Shown: positions 27,144-37,951, counted from the stretch's first letter. The stretch is DNA of 64,000 nucleotides from an uncultured Bacteroidales bacterium (GCA_903903985.1 CAIVAT010000006.1:18635-82634); one strand, 5' to 3'. Translations and numbers: made by a program. Notes: generated by a model not told the origin, from the letters alone.

Positions 27144-27382
27144 AAAGCAGTTTTTAGTCCATGATTGGATAAAACATCCCTGTTTTCAACAATATGGATC
27201 ATCCCCTGCCGGGCCATCCCGGGCTTCCACTGGGATAAAAGCGGGAATCCGGGATATTTCTTTTTCTGTGCATTCGGAAATTTCATAAAGCTCTTGCTGG
27301 CGGTGACAATCCCGGAACCATCTGCATATAGCCGGTAACTTCCTGCAGGAGAATTTTTAGAGAGGTGGCTGTATTTCATCAT
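27140..27382 (-). CDS. Hypothetical 80-aa protein
   Basis: It fills the gap between two kinase genes, and its stop overlaps the downstream start by 4 nt. No recognisable motif. Confidence 0.3.
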   Translation of the reverse strand: MMKYSHLSKNSPAGSYRLYADGSGIVTASKSFMKFPNAQKKKYPGFPLLSQWKPGMARQGMIHIVENRDVLSNHGLKTAF

Positions 27383-27394
27383 GAAGTTTCAAAA

Positions 27395-29842
27395 TTAACA
27401 CGGAATCGTAAAATGGAAAGTTGATCCTGCCTCCCTGTCGCTTTCAACCCAAATCCTGCCACCGTGCAGTTCGACTATCTTTTTACAATGTGCCAGACCG
27501 ATCCCGATTCCCGGATAGTCCTTTCGGTTATGCAATCGTTTAAAAATAATGAATATCTTTTCTGTGTCTTTTTCATCGATCCCGATGCCGTTGTCTGTTA
27601 CTGAAAAGTGCCAATCAAGATGGTTTTTAATGGCTGAAATTTTTATTTCCGCAGGAAGATCCTTTTTCCGGAATTTGATTGCATTGTCTATCAGGTTGTA
27701 GAACAGTATTTTCAAGGTTCCGGCGTCGCCATAAAAGGAGGGCAGATCAAGGACTGTTATTGTTGCATTATTTTCCCTGATCATCGAGTTCATGCTGCTA
27801 AGCGTTTCATCAATTATTTTATTGCAGTCAACGATTGTTTTCAAACTTCCTCTTCCCAACAACGAATACTCAAGCAAGCCTTTAATCAGGTCTTTCATCC
27901 TGTCTGCTGCTCCGGTGACAAAGTCAAGGTATATATTGCCGTTCTCGTCCAGTTTTCCGGGATATTCCTCTATAAAAAGTTTGGTAAAGTTGGTTATGGT
28001 CAGCAACGGTTCCTGGAGGTCGTGGGAGGCGATAAAAGTAAACTGTTCCAATTCCTTGTTTTTCAATTCAAGTTCCTCATTCAATGTTTGTAGTTCAAGC
28101 GTTCGTGCCGCCACTCGTTGCTCCAGTGCATTGGTTGCATCCAACAGCGCCTTTTCTGCCAGTTTCCGTTCCGTGATATCCCGGATAATCAATTGAACAG
28201 CCGGTTTATTTTCAAGCCGGATGGCGATCGCTTTTACCTCCACATCAACTTCTGACCCATCGAACCGTAAAAATCTTTCTTCAGTGAGCGGCAAGACATG
28301 TTCATCATTTGCAATTTTTTTCATTCTATCAATTACCACAGGGCGGGAATCGGGGTGCACGAACCGGATCACCGGTTTCCCGATCAATTCTTCCGGGTTT
28401 GATGCAGCCATCAAACGGAGACATTCCTTGTTTATGAACACAATGATCCCATCCACATAAATCGTAATGGCGTCGGGAGAATTCTCAACCAGGTTGCGGT
28501 ACTTGATTTCACTTTCTTTCAGGGCCTCCGCTGCCTGTTGGCTGGTGGTGATATCGAGGAACGACCATACCCTCCCTTTGGGCACACCCTCTAAGTACAT
28601 TGGCTTTGAAATGCGTTCGAAGATTCGTCCATCCTTGAAGTACAACAAATCGTATGTTTCAGATTCGGGTTTACGGTATATATCAGAGATGTTGCCAATA
28701 AATTTTTCGGGATCGATGAGTTGGTTCTCCACAAAATCCAACAGCATTTTGTCGTTTCCCGATGAAAGAACCTCCTCGGTTATACGCCACATCCTGACAA
28801 ATTCAGCGTTCGTTTTGATAACCGATCCGTTGCGATCGACAGCAAGGATGCCACTGCGGATTGACTCAATGGTTGCCTTTGTCAGAGACAGTGAATTTTG
28901 CAATGCCTCTTCTGCCTTTTTGCGACTGGTAATATTTTCGATAAAGCCCTCTATACGCACCAAACGCCCTTCTGAGTCAAGGACCGGCATGGTGTTCAGA
29001 TTTCCGATAAATGAACTGCCGTCCTTGCCGCGATATAAATTCTCGAACGTTTTCAAATCCGGGTTTATCTCCATCTGCCGGATTATTTCCGTACGGCGGT
29101 TTGGGTCAACAAATACATCGGTAGAGATGTTTTTTATCGTTTTAAGGGCATCTTCCACTGAATCGTAGCCAAACATTGCTGCAAATGCCGGATTGACTGA
29201 AATTACTTTCCCATCAGGAGTCGATTGAAAAATTCCGAAACTTGAATGTTCAAAAAGCCTCCGATATTTCGCCTCACTTTCACGCAATGCCTCCTGTATC
29301 CTCATCCGTTCGGTGATATCAACCATGGTAACAATAGCATGTTCGCCATTTTCGCCGACAACACCTGACATGTGAACCCGTGTTGACCTTTTTTCATCAT
29401 AAGAGAGCGTCACATCACAGGTGTTTTTTGTTTTACTTTCAAAGATATTTTCGAGAAATTGATTGAATTCTGGTATTGTATCAACGAAGAGGAAAAAGCG
29501 GATCTTTGTGTTTTTCAATCGCGATCGCTCTCTGCCCAATAATAGAGAGCCATGCAGGTTAATTTCAACAATGCTGCCATCCCTGGTCAGTGTAACGTAC
29601 CCGGTAGGGGCATGGTCATACAGTTCAGTATACCGGTTGCTGGCAACCTCTGCCATGGCCCATGCATGCCGGAGTTCACTGTTCTGCAACTCCAGCTCCA
29701 TCTTGTTGATTTCAAGTTCGCGAATGAGTTCCTGGGTTTCGGCTTCAGTCAGTTGGTGGCTGAATGCCGTTGCCTTTCTTTTATACAGTTCTTCTGCCCT
29801 CTGGCGATTGATTGATACGGGTTTTTTATCGTCTTTTTCCAT
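27395..29842 (-). CDS. Multi-PAS sensor histidine kinase (cytoplasmic)
   Basis: Several PAS-like repeats (ITERK/ITSRK junctions), H-box FTFIASHDLQEPL, and GIGIGLAHCKKIVELHGGRIWVE. Confidence 0.9.
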   Translation of the reverse strand: MEKDDKKPVSINRQRAEELYKRKATAFSHQLTEAETQELIRELEINKMELELQNSELRHAWAMAEVASNRYTELYDHAPTGYVTLTRDGSIVEINLHGSLLLGRERSRLKNTKIRFFLFVDTIPEFNQFLENIFESKTKNTCDVTLSYDEKRSTRVHMSGVVGENGEHAIVTMVDITERMRIQEALRESEAKYRRLFEHSSFGIFQSTPDGKVISVNPAFAAMFGYDSVEDALKTIKNISTDVFVDPNRRTEIIRQMEINPDLKTFENLYRGKDGSSFIGNLNTMPVLDSEGRLVRIEGFIENITSRKKAEEALQNSLSLTKATIESIRSGILAVDRNGSVIKTNAEFVRMWRITEEVLSSGNDKMLLDFVENQLIDPEKFIGNISDIYRKPESETYDLLYFKDGRIFERISKPMYLEGVPKGRVWSFLDITTSQQAAEALKESEIKYRNLVENSPDAITIYVDGIIVFINKECLRLMAASNPEELIGKPVIRFVHPDSRPVVIDRMKKIANDEHVLPLTEERFLRFDGSEVDVEVKAIAIRLENKPAVQLIIRDITERKLAEKALLDATNALEQRVAARTLELQTLNEELELKNKELEQFTFIASHDLQEPLLTITNFTKLFIEEYPGKLDENGNIYLDFVTGAADRMKDLIKGLLEYSLLGRGSLKTIVDCNKIIDETLSSMNSMIRENNATITVLDLPSFYGDAGTLKILFYNLIDNAIKFRKKDLPAEIKISAIKNHLDWHFSVTDNGIGIDEKDTEKIFIIFKRLHNRKDYPGIGIGLAHCKKIVELHGGRIWVESDREAGSTFHFTIPC

Positions 29843-29956
29843 GTTCTTCAGGTTGCGTTAACCCGGTAAATTCTTCAGCGGCTGAAAAATCCCTCTTGTA
29901 AAGGTAATCAATAAATCAATGGTTAGTAAACAGAACCTAAAAAGAGGGTGAATAAC

Positions 29957-32425
29957 TCATTCTGCAAAAGGAATCGTAAATCTGAAAGCTGATCCGGTAC
30001 CTATTACGGATTCTACCCAAATTTTGCCGCCATGCAATTCGACAATTTTTTTACAATGGGCCAAGCCGATGCCGGTTCCTTCATAATCGCTTCTGTTTTG
30101 CATTCGTTTAAAAATTACAAAAATCTTTTCGTAATCTTTTTCACCGATTCCGATGCCATTGTCCTTTATCGTGAACAGCCATTCGGTTCCGAGGGATTCT
30201 GCAGAAACAGTTACCTCCGGGCGAATCTCCCTCTTACTGAATTTGATCGCGTTGTTGATCAGGTTCTGGAATAACAGCCGTAACTCAGTCGCAAAACCAT
30301 ACACCCTTGGAAGTTCGTTTACTGTGATGACCGTATCGTTCATTTTAATGGAATCTGCGATGTCATCGAGCACCATTGCAACAACTTGATTGCAATCCAC
30401 CATGGTGCGTTCACTTTCTTTTCCCAGCAAGGAATATTCGAGCAATCCGGTGACCAGTTCGCTCATCCTGGTAGCAGATTTGTTTATAAAATCAATGTAA
30501 TTATTCCCATCGTCATCCAACCTGCCGGCATATTCCTCGTGGATCAACCTGGTAAAGTTTTTAAGGGTATTCAGCGGTTCCTGGAGGTCGTGTGTGGCAA
30601 TATAAGTAAACTGTTCAATTTCCCTTAGATGGAATGAGAGTTCCCGGTTGATGGTTTCAAGTTGATGGGTGCGTTCGGCAATACGTTGCTCAAGGGTCGC
30701 ATTGACATTTTGCAGTTCCTCCTCAACTTTTTTACGCATGGTAATATTTTGGCCTTGTGCGATGGTGGCGATCGGCGTCTGGCCATCCGGCGTAAAGATT
30801 GTGGCCGAATTCCACAACACAGTGTTAATTGATTGGTCCAGGTTCAGGATTTCAATCTCGACGCTCTCCCATCGCTCACCAGAAAATGTTTTGCGGATAA
30901 GTTCCATATACCTTTCAACCTGTTCGGGAGGGAAGAGTATCTCCAGCGGTTGTCCGATGACATCAGCCTCCAGCCAGCCTGTAAGGAATTCAAAAGCGTG
31001 ATTGAAGCGAGTGATGCGGAATTGCGTGTCCCATACAATGATGGGTGCATTTGCATAGTTGATCAGGTTTTCCAGGTAGGCATTGGTCTCCCTAAGCACC
31101 TTTTCAGCGAGCTTTTTTTCGGTGATATCATGGTAGGTGATGACAACGCCATATCCGTCCAGTGCCAATGGCGCAGCCGATACGTTTATCCAGGTGACCC
31201 TGTCATCACTTTTAAAAATGCCCATCTCCACATTGTCCACCTGGGTTTGTTCTTTAAGTGCCCGGACACTGGCATACTCTTCAACCGGCATGGGTGTGCC
31301 ATCGGCCCTGACGATCGTCCATTCTTCACCGCTGATTGAACGACTCTCGTGTTCGTCACGCGAGATGCCCAACAGGTTTTCCGTAATCTTGTTTGTTTCG
31401 ATGATATTTCCGAGGGAATCCGAAATTGTGATGCCAACAGGAAAGATATCAAACAACTTCTGGTATTTGGTGAGGCTTATGCTTAACAGTTGTTCTGACT
31501 TTTTCCGCTCTGATATATCCTGGAATACCGTGGCAAAGTTGCCCAGTGAAGGACAATAGACCGAAATTGTGAAATATTTGTCAAGAGGAGGGAAGTAGGA
31601 TTCAAACTTAACAGGCTGGCCAGTTGTGGCCACATGTAAATAGACGTCAAAATAAGGCGGTTCACCGACGCTGTATGCTTCCCGGCCTGTTTTCCCGATG
31701 ACAGTTTCCCTGGAAATACCGAGGGTTCGCTCAAAAGCAGGATTGATTTCAATAATGATATAGTCATTCGGGATACCTTGATCGTTGTAGGTTAGTTTAT
31801 GAAGAGCCGCACCTTCTGCCATATTCATGAACAAATTTTGAAATTTGGCTTCACTTTCCTTTAACAACTTGTTATGATAGGCTTTTTCAGAAATTCCCCT
31901 GGCAAATGCAGCCAGCATTTTTGAAATTTTGTCAAACTGTTGGGTTGACATCACTGGAACTTCATTCAAAGCGGCCATGAAATCCTCCCTGTTTGCTCCA
32001 ATTTCATCCGCATATTTGTTCAGGCTCACTTCATCCAGATCTTCATTCCGAACCTGGCCGATCATCCAGTTGGCGATATGGCGTCCGCCAACGGTGATGA
32101 TCGTGCCAGTTTCCTGCAATCCCGCAATCAAACATGTGGAACTCGTCCTATCTGATGCACTTTGCAGGCCATGAGATGCAGCTGTCAGGTAGCATTTTGA
32201 GAGTCCTTTGCCCGTTTTCCTGATAATTTCCTCGCACAACCTGCAAAAATGACTGGGTTTGGTAATGGGTGTTCCATCAGGATGGGTAATGATGGAAGCA
32301 ACGCCGGTAGCATCAGAAAACAGATCCTGTAATTGCTGGATTTCATCCAGGTTGAAAATGTCTCCGAACTTCAGAGCGGTTTCTTTTTTTGCAGCTGAGT
32401 TTATATCATCATCCCCGGTTTTCAT
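29957..32425 (-). CDS. PocR-domain + PAS sensor histidine kinase
   Basis: The N-terminal FSDATGVASIITHPDGTPITKPSHFCRLCEEIIRKTGKGLSKC fits the PocR sensory domain. PAS repeats follow, then the same transmitter core as 25692-27143. The start is set at ATG 32425 by analogy with the paralog at 36588. Confidence 0.88.
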   Translation of the reverse strand: MKTGDDDINSAAKKETALKFGDIFNLDEIQQLQDLFSDATGVASIITHPDGTPITKPSHFCRLCEEIIRKTGKGLSKCYLTAASHGLQSASDRTSSTCLIAGLQETGTIITVGGRHIANWMIGQVRNEDLDEVSLNKYADEIGANREDFMAALNEVPVMSTQQFDKISKMLAAFARGISEKAYHNKLLKESEAKFQNLFMNMAEGAALHKLTYNDQGIPNDYIIIEINPAFERTLGISRETVIGKTGREAYSVGEPPYFDVYLHVATTGQPVKFESYFPPLDKYFTISVYCPSLGNFATVFQDISERKKSEQLLSISLTKYQKLFDIFPVGITISDSLGNIIETNKITENLLGISRDEHESRSISGEEWTIVRADGTPMPVEEYASVRALKEQTQVDNVEMGIFKSDDRVTWINVSAAPLALDGYGVVITYHDITEKKLAEKVLRETNAYLENLINYANAPIIVWDTQFRITRFNHAFEFLTGWLEADVIGQPLEILFPPEQVERYMELIRKTFSGERWESVEIEILNLDQSINTVLWNSATIFTPDGQTPIATIAQGQNITMRKKVEEELQNVNATLEQRIAERTHQLETINRELSFHLREIEQFTYIATHDLQEPLNTLKNFTRLIHEEYAGRLDDDGNNYIDFINKSATRMSELVTGLLEYSLLGKESERTMVDCNQVVAMVLDDIADSIKMNDTVITVNELPRVYGFATELRLLFQNLINNAIKFSKREIRPEVTVSAESLGTEWLFTIKDNGIGIGEKDYEKIFVIFKRMQNRSDYEGTGIGLAHCKKIVELHGGKIWVESVIGTGSAFRFTIPFAE

Positions 32426-32479
32426 ATAAACTTTGTTTTTAGCTTTGGCAATATAACCCGGAACCAAGAGCCCATGGGG

Positions 32480-34396
32480 TCATGGTTTGTATTCAACAGG
32501 AATGTCAAATCTGAAGGTCGAACCAGCATTTTTTCTTGATTCTACCCAAATATGCCCTCCAAGCAATTCAACAAACCCTTTTGCAATCGACAGTCCAAGG
32601 CCATTGCCTTCATGGGTGCGGTTCAGGTCGAATTCTTTTTGCATAAAGGGCTCATAAATTCTTTTTTGGGTTTCATCGCTCATCCCGATCCCGGTATCTG
32701 TCACGTACCATTCAAGAACCGTCTCTTTTATTTCGCAGCCCAGGGTGATCGATCCTGTACTGGTAAACTTTACGGCATTATCAACCAGTTGGCCTAAAAT
32801 ATTGCCAAGGATGTCTTTATCCGAACCGATGTAAAAATCAGCGGAAGGAACCTGTGTGGCAATGATCAGCGACAGTTTTTTTTCTTTACAGGGCTCCCTG
32901 AACTTTTTCTGAATTTCATGAAGTACGGTAACCGGAGAAAATGAGCTGATTTTCAGTTCTTTATTTCCTGAAACGATGAGTGAAATATCCATGATGTTGT
33001 TTACGGTTGAAATCAGCCTGTTGCTGCTGGTATTCAACATGGCAAGATATTCTTCTCTTTCCTGGCTTGAAAGGGATGGGTCGGCCAGCATGGGCCCGAA
33101 TCCAAGGATCCCGTTCAAAGGGGTGAGAATTTCATGCCTGATATTGCGGATAAAGGCAGTTTTTAGCCGGTCGCTTGCTTCTGCTTTTTCTTTTGCTTTA
33201 AGCAGTTCATCTTCAAACCTTTTCCGGTCAGTAATGTCTCTCGAAATTCCAAAAGTCCCGATGATCTTCCCATCTTTGTCACGGAGTGGCATTTTTGTTG
33301 ACAACGCCCAGGTGTCGGGCCGATCGGCCCAGGTTTCTTTTTCTTCGGTGATCAAAGGGTTCCCGGAACGGATAATTTCCTGCTCATCAAGGTAAGCGGC
33401 CTGGGCATGCTCGCTGGTGAAGAAGTCGAAGTCGGTTTTACCAATGGCTTCGGCGGAGTTGCTGATGCAGAACGATTTGTTGTTGGATTTGCTGATCCTT
33501 AAAAACCTGCTGTCCAGATCTTTGAAATACAGGTGGTCAGGGATATTGTTCATCATGGCATCCATCAGGTACTTTTCCATCCTCAGTGCATCTTCTGCCT
33601 CTTTGCGCTCGGTGATATCAATGAAGCTGATCACTATTTCGGTGATGGCATTGTTGTTGTCCAACACCAGGGAACCATTGACTGCAAGCCAAACGATGTC
33701 ATCGGTGGAAGGGCGATAAACACCGACCCGGAAATCTTTGATTGGTTTTTTGGCTGACAGGACCTGGTTCACCGGAAACTTTTCTACGGGCAATGTGGAA
33801 TAGTCTTCATTCAGAAATTTCCAGTACGGATCAACATCCATCCTGCCGATCATTTGGGCTTCACTTAATCCCAGCAATTCTGAAGCTTTAGGATTGCTGA
33901 TGATGATGGAACTATCCGGTGCATGAAGGATAACACCGGCATCAAGATTCATGAGCAAGCCCCGGTATCTTTTCTCGCTTTCGCGCAAAGCCTCCTCTGT
34001 AGCCTTTCGCTCCTGGAGCAATTCCGTTTCATGCATCACCCTGATGATGGAAGGCAACAGCCTTTCGTGTTTTGATTTCAGGACATAATCCGTTGCACCA
34101 TTCAGCAGTGATTCGATGGCAGCGTCTTCTCCCATTTTCCCCGTTACGAAAATAAACGGGATGTGCGGATAATGGTTTTTTACCAATTGTAATGCTTCCA
34201 ATCCTGAATAATCCGGAAGTTCATAATCCGATAAAACAATATCTACCTTTTTTTCCTTCAGTACCTTCTCAAAATCATCCTCATCATCAACAACATAATA
34301 CTCATTGATGTCGCATGCGTTGGTAAGATAGGATTTTATCAAAATAGCGTCTGCTTCCTGATCTTCGAGATGAAGAATGTTGATCTTTTTATTCAT
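32480..34396 (-). CDS. Hybrid protein: N-terminal receiver + PAS domains + histidine kinase
   Basis: ILHLEDQEAD...LSDYELPDYSG receiver, PAS repeats, H-box IRNIRHEILTPLNGI, and GNGLGLSIAKGFVELLGGHIWVES. Confidence 0.9.
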   Translation of the reverse strand: MNKKINILHLEDQEADAILIKSYLTNACDINEYYVVDDEDDFEKVLKEKKVDIVLSDYELPDYSGLEALQLVKNHYPHIPFIFVTGKMGEDAAIESLLNGATDYVLKSKHERLLPSIIRVMHETELLQERKATEEALRESEKRYRGLLMNLDAGVILHAPDSSIIISNPKASELLGLSEAQMIGRMDVDPYWKFLNEDYSTLPVEKFPVNQVLSAKKPIKDFRVGVYRPSTDDIVWLAVNGSLVLDNNNAITEIVISFIDITERKEAEDALRMEKYLMDAMMNNIPDHLYFKDLDSRFLRISKSNNKSFCISNSAEAIGKTDFDFFTSEHAQAAYLDEQEIIRSGNPLITEEKETWADRPDTWALSTKMPLRDKDGKIIGTFGISRDITDRKRFEDELLKAKEKAEASDRLKTAFIRNIRHEILTPLNGILGFGPMLADPSLSSQEREEYLAMLNTSSNRLISTVNNIMDISLIVSGNKELKISSFSPVTVLHEIQKKFREPCKEKKLSLIIATQVPSADFYIGSDKDILGNILGQLVDNAVKFTSTGSITLGCEIKETVLEWYVTDTGIGMSDETQKRIYEPFMQKEFDLNRTHEGNGLGLSIAKGFVELLGGHIWVESRKNAGSTFRFDIPVEYKP

Positions 34397-34420
34397 TTGA
34401 TTGTTACCAAAGTGATATAG

Positions 34421-34496
34421 ACCTCGCGCTAACCTTCTCCCTGCAGCAGCGGGAATTCCCCTTCTCTTTTGGGAGCAGGGGCCAGGGGATGAGACA
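34421..34496. repeat. REP-like element, family D copy 2 (overlaps the 3' end of the kinase CDS)
   Basis: ctaaccttctccc...gggaattccccttctcttttgggagcaggggccaggggatgag. Confidence 0.7.
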
Positions 34497-36588
34497 TATT
34501 CGGCAAACTAAAATAAAAGGTTGCGCCGACTTCCTGTTCGCCTTCGGCGCCACATCGGCCCCCATGACGGCCAATGATCCGCTTTACATTGGCCAGGCCT
34601 ATCCCGACTCCCTCGAAATCCCTGGTTTTGTGCAACCGCTGGAATACTCCGAATAATTTCTCGGTGTACTTCATCGGGAAGCCTGCCCCGTTATCTTTTA
34701 TAAAAAATGTTGTTTCATTGCCGTTTGAAGCACTGCCAATATGGATGAGTGCTTCAGGCTTTTTCCCGGTATACTTGATTGCATTTGAAATGAGGTTGGT
34801 CCACACCTGCCTGATCAGTTCTTCATCACCGTATACATCAGGCAAGGATTCTATTTGAAATGTGATCGACCTGTTTTGCAACTCGGGTTCAAAAAATTTG
34901 ATGACCTTCTGGACCATCGGAGCCGATTGGATCCTGGATTTTCGCAATTCAGCCTGGTTCAGTCTTGAGAAGGACAAAAGTGCATCAATCAGTTGTGCCA
35001 TCTCGAAGGCTGAACTTGAAATCCTTTGCAGGTACCCGATTTTTTCTTCAGTCAGTTCAGTGGATTGATTATTCATGATCAGATCGATAAAACCCCTGAT
35101 ATGCCGCAGGGGGGCTTTTAGATCATGTGATACCGAGTAAGAAAAGGTTTCAAGTTCCCTGTTGACCTCTTCAAGTTCGGATGTGCGTTGTTTGACGCGC
35201 TGATCCAACTCCTGATTTAGTTCCCTGATTTGATTCTCTGCGATCTTGCGTTCAGAGATATTCCGAAAGTTAATGACAATGGCCCCGACGCTGGGCTCCA
35301 TCAGTAAATTTTTAAAAGTGCTCTCAATCCATATCCAGGATCCATTCTGATGCCTGAAACGATATTCCAGGGTTAATATTCGCACCGGATTTACCATTAT
35401 TTCATTCAGAAGTTTCAGTACAGCAGGGAGATCGTCGGGATGCGTGAGGTCGTTTGGGCTCAGGTCATGAAAAGACTGATTCAAATATCCAAACATCGTA
35501 TAGGAGGAGGGGCTTGCGTATTTGAACTTTCCCTGAATATCGACCAACACAATGCCATCCGGGGCATTCTCGATCAGTGCCTGGAAGTGTGTTTCGGTTT
35601 GTTTTATTTGCTCCTGGGCCTGCTTTTGTGCGGTAATATCGGTTGTGATCCCTATGAGCGCGATCGGCTCGCCACTTTCATTATGAATGATGGATGATGA
35701 AACGAATACAGGAAATTCACTCCCGTCTTTTCTTTGATTCAACAGTTCGCCATGCCAGCCTCCGCGCAACGTTGCAGGAAGAATGTCTGCTACATCCGAA
35801 AGGGAATTGCCTGGCGAGCGAACAAAACTGATCGGCTGGCCCAGCAATTCATGTTCCTCATACTGGTATGTTTTCAGAAAGGCCCGGTTGACAAAGACAA
35901 TCCTTTCATCCATGTCTGTGATGCTCACACATTCACCGACGCTTCTGACCGCATGCGCAAGCATGAGTATTTTTTCTTCAGCCTCCTTCTGGGCTGCTAT
36001 TTGCATTTTAAGTTGCAAATTATTGAAAGCACTGATTGAAAGTTCGTTAGCAAGAGTATACAGCATGTCTGATACCTTGATGAACTGTTTCATCGACATC
36101 ATCGGAACTTCAGCCAGGGCCTTTATAAAATCCTCTTTATCGGCACCGATTTCTTCTGCATACCGCACTATCCGTTCATCATCCAGTTCTTCGTTCCTTA
36201 CCTGACCGATTAACCAGTTGGCAATGTGTTTGCCGCCAACGGTAATGTCAACTCCGGCATCCCACAATTCTCCGCTAAGGCATGGCAGCACAACCGGACC
36301 TGATGAATTCCTGCTGCCAAGTGCGGCATCGGACAGGTAACAGTTTGAAAGTCCTTTTTCAGTTTTACGGATGATGTCCTTACATAGCCGGCAAAAATTA
36401 CTGGGCCTGGTGATCGGTAAGCCGTCAGGATATGTAATGATTGAAGCAACACCTGTTGCATCAGAAAACCGATCCTGCAGAAGCTGGATGTGTTCAAGGT
36501 CAAAGATGTCGTTGAACCGGAGATCGTTGTTAATTTCAGCAGTTGAAAACTCCGAAATGGAATGTATTATATTCTGCGCATTTTTCAT
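34429..36588 (-). CDS. PocR-domain + PAS sensor histidine kinase
   Basis: FSDATGVASIITYPDGLPITRPSNFCRLCKDIIRKTEKGLSNC, PAS repeats, H-box FSYSVSHDLKAPLRHI, and GVGIGLANVKRIIGRHGG. The last ~23 aa are encoded by the family D repeat. Confidence 0.88.
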   Translation of the reverse strand: MKNAQNIIHSISEFSTAEINNDLRFNDIFDLEHIQLLQDRFSDATGVASIITYPDGLPITRPSNFCRLCKDIIRKTEKGLSNCYLSDAALGSRNSSGPVVLPCLSGELWDAGVDITVGGKHIANWLIGQVRNEELDDERIVRYAEEIGADKEDFIKALAEVPMMSMKQFIKVSDMLYTLANELSISAFNNLQLKMQIAAQKEAEEKILMLAHAVRSVGECVSITDMDERIVFVNRAFLKTYQYEEHELLGQPISFVRSPGNSLSDVADILPATLRGGWHGELLNQRKDGSEFPVFVSSSIIHNESGEPIALIGITTDITAQKQAQEQIKQTETHFQALIENAPDGIVLVDIQGKFKYASPSSYTMFGYLNQSFHDLSPNDLTHPDDLPAVLKLLNEIMVNPVRILTLEYRFRHQNGSWIWIESTFKNLLMEPSVGAIVINFRNISERKIAENQIRELNQELDQRVKQRTSELEEVNRELETFSYSVSHDLKAPLRHIRGFIDLIMNNQSTELTEEKIGYLQRISSSAFEMAQLIDALLSFSRLNQAELRKSRIQSAPMVQKVIKFFEPELQNRSITFQIESLPDVYGDEELIRQVWTNLISNAIKYTGKKPEALIHIGSASNGNETTFFIKDNGAGFPMKYTEKLFGVFQRLHKTRDFEGVGIGLANVKRIIGRHGGRCGAEGEQEVGATFYFSLPNMSHPLAPAPKREGEFPLLQGEG

Positions 36589-37012
36589 TGATTTCTGTTT
36601 AAATTAACAGTGTAATTGTTACCACCTGGAACTTTGGCTGGGAAAAATTACAGGTATAAACAGACACTATGAACTGTTCAATGTTATAGCAAATATATAA
36701 GTAAATATGTTAATTTGGCACGACTTTGTAAAATCTCCTGATGAATTTAAAAAGCTTGAATGTATATACCTCCCGCAGGCTCTGTAAAAAGGAATAAAAT
36801 TGCACTTTCGATCATCGTGTTTTGAAAGGAGAGATGCCAGGATGAAGATTCCCGATTTAGTCTTGAAAATCCCTGGAAAATTCAGTGAAAATCAGCAGGT
36901 AATAACTTATATCAGACATATCTGGGATGTTATCATTAAAATCCTCTATTTTTGATGCAGTGAAACGATGCATCGGTATTAAAATGAATATACCGGAATA
37001 AAAAAAATAACC

Positions 37013-37951
37013 ATGCAGACAATTTTAGGCGCCGGAGGGGTCATCGGCATTGAACTTGCCAAAGCCCTTCCCAAATATACAGGAGAAATTCGCCTGGCAG
37101 GAAGAAACCCTAAGAAAGTAAATGAAAATGATTCGCTTTTTATTGCAGACCTGACGAAAAGAGAGGATGTTTTCAAAGCAGTGGAGGGTTCTGAGGTTGT
37201 TTATCTCACGGTCGGTCTTGAATATAAAACCCGCATATGGCAGGAACAATGGCCGCCGATGGCAGAACATGTGGTGGATGCCTGTGTCCATCACGGGGCA
37301 AGGCTGGTTTTTTTCGATAATGTTTATGCAATCGGGCGGGATCATGTCAGTCATATTACCGAAGATTCGCCCATCAGCCCTACAAGTAAAAAGGGGGAAG
37401 TAAGGGCGATGGTCGACCGGATGATCCTTGATAAAATAGCTTCAGGCAGGCTGAATGCCATCATTGCCCGTTCTGCTGATTTCTATGGGGTCGGGAACAA
37501 CATGATGCTGATGGAATTGGTGTTTAAAAACCTTGAGAAGAATAAAAAGGCACAATGGTTGTATACGGTAAAAACTAAACATTCATTTACTTACACCCCT
37601 GACGCCGGTATTGCCACTGCTCTGCTCGGGAACACTCCCGATGCTTTCAACCAGGTGTGGAACCTGCCTACCGACCCGAACAGCATGACCGGAGCAGAAT
37701 GGATCGACCTGTTTGCCAAAGAAATGGGTAAAAGCAACAAATACCAGTTGATGCCATCCTGGATGGTAAAGGCCGCCTCTTTGTTTGTTCCGCTGTTTGC
37801 CGAATTATATGAAATGCGCTACCAGTTTGATCGTGATTTCTTTTTAGACAGCAGTAAATTCGGGAAACGTTTTAATTTTACACCAACCACTTACCAGGCA
37901 GGGGTAAGGGAGATCGTCTGTCAGTATTCCGGGATCCCCCGCATTGGTTGA
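37013..37951 (+). CDS. NAD(P)-dependent epimerase/dehydratase-type (atypical SDR) protein
   Basis: N-terminal Rossmann motif ILGAGGVIG and a length typical of extended/atypical SDRs. Confidence 0.75.
   Translation: MQTILGAGGVIGIELAKALPKYTGEIRLAGRNPKKVNENDSLFIADLTKREDVFKAVEGSEVVYLTVGLEYKTRIWQEQWPPMAEHVVDACVHHGARLVFFDNVYAIGRDHVSHITEDSPISPTSKKGEVRAMVDRMILDKIASGRLNAIIARSADFYGVGNNMMLMELVFKNLEKNKKAQWLYTVKTKHSFTYTPDAGIATALLGNTPDAFNQVWNLPTDPNSMTGAEWIDLFAKEMGKSNKYQLMPSWMVKAASLFVPLFAELYEMRYQFDRDFFLDSSKFGKRFNFTPTTYQAGVREIVCQYSGIPRIG

Noticed and set aside
36713-36730. TGGCAC-N4/5-TTGT sigma-54-like motif on the plus strand
   Set aside because: It is ~280 nt from the nearest plus-strand start, its -12 element is poor, and no activator is linked to it. 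It is probably a chance match.
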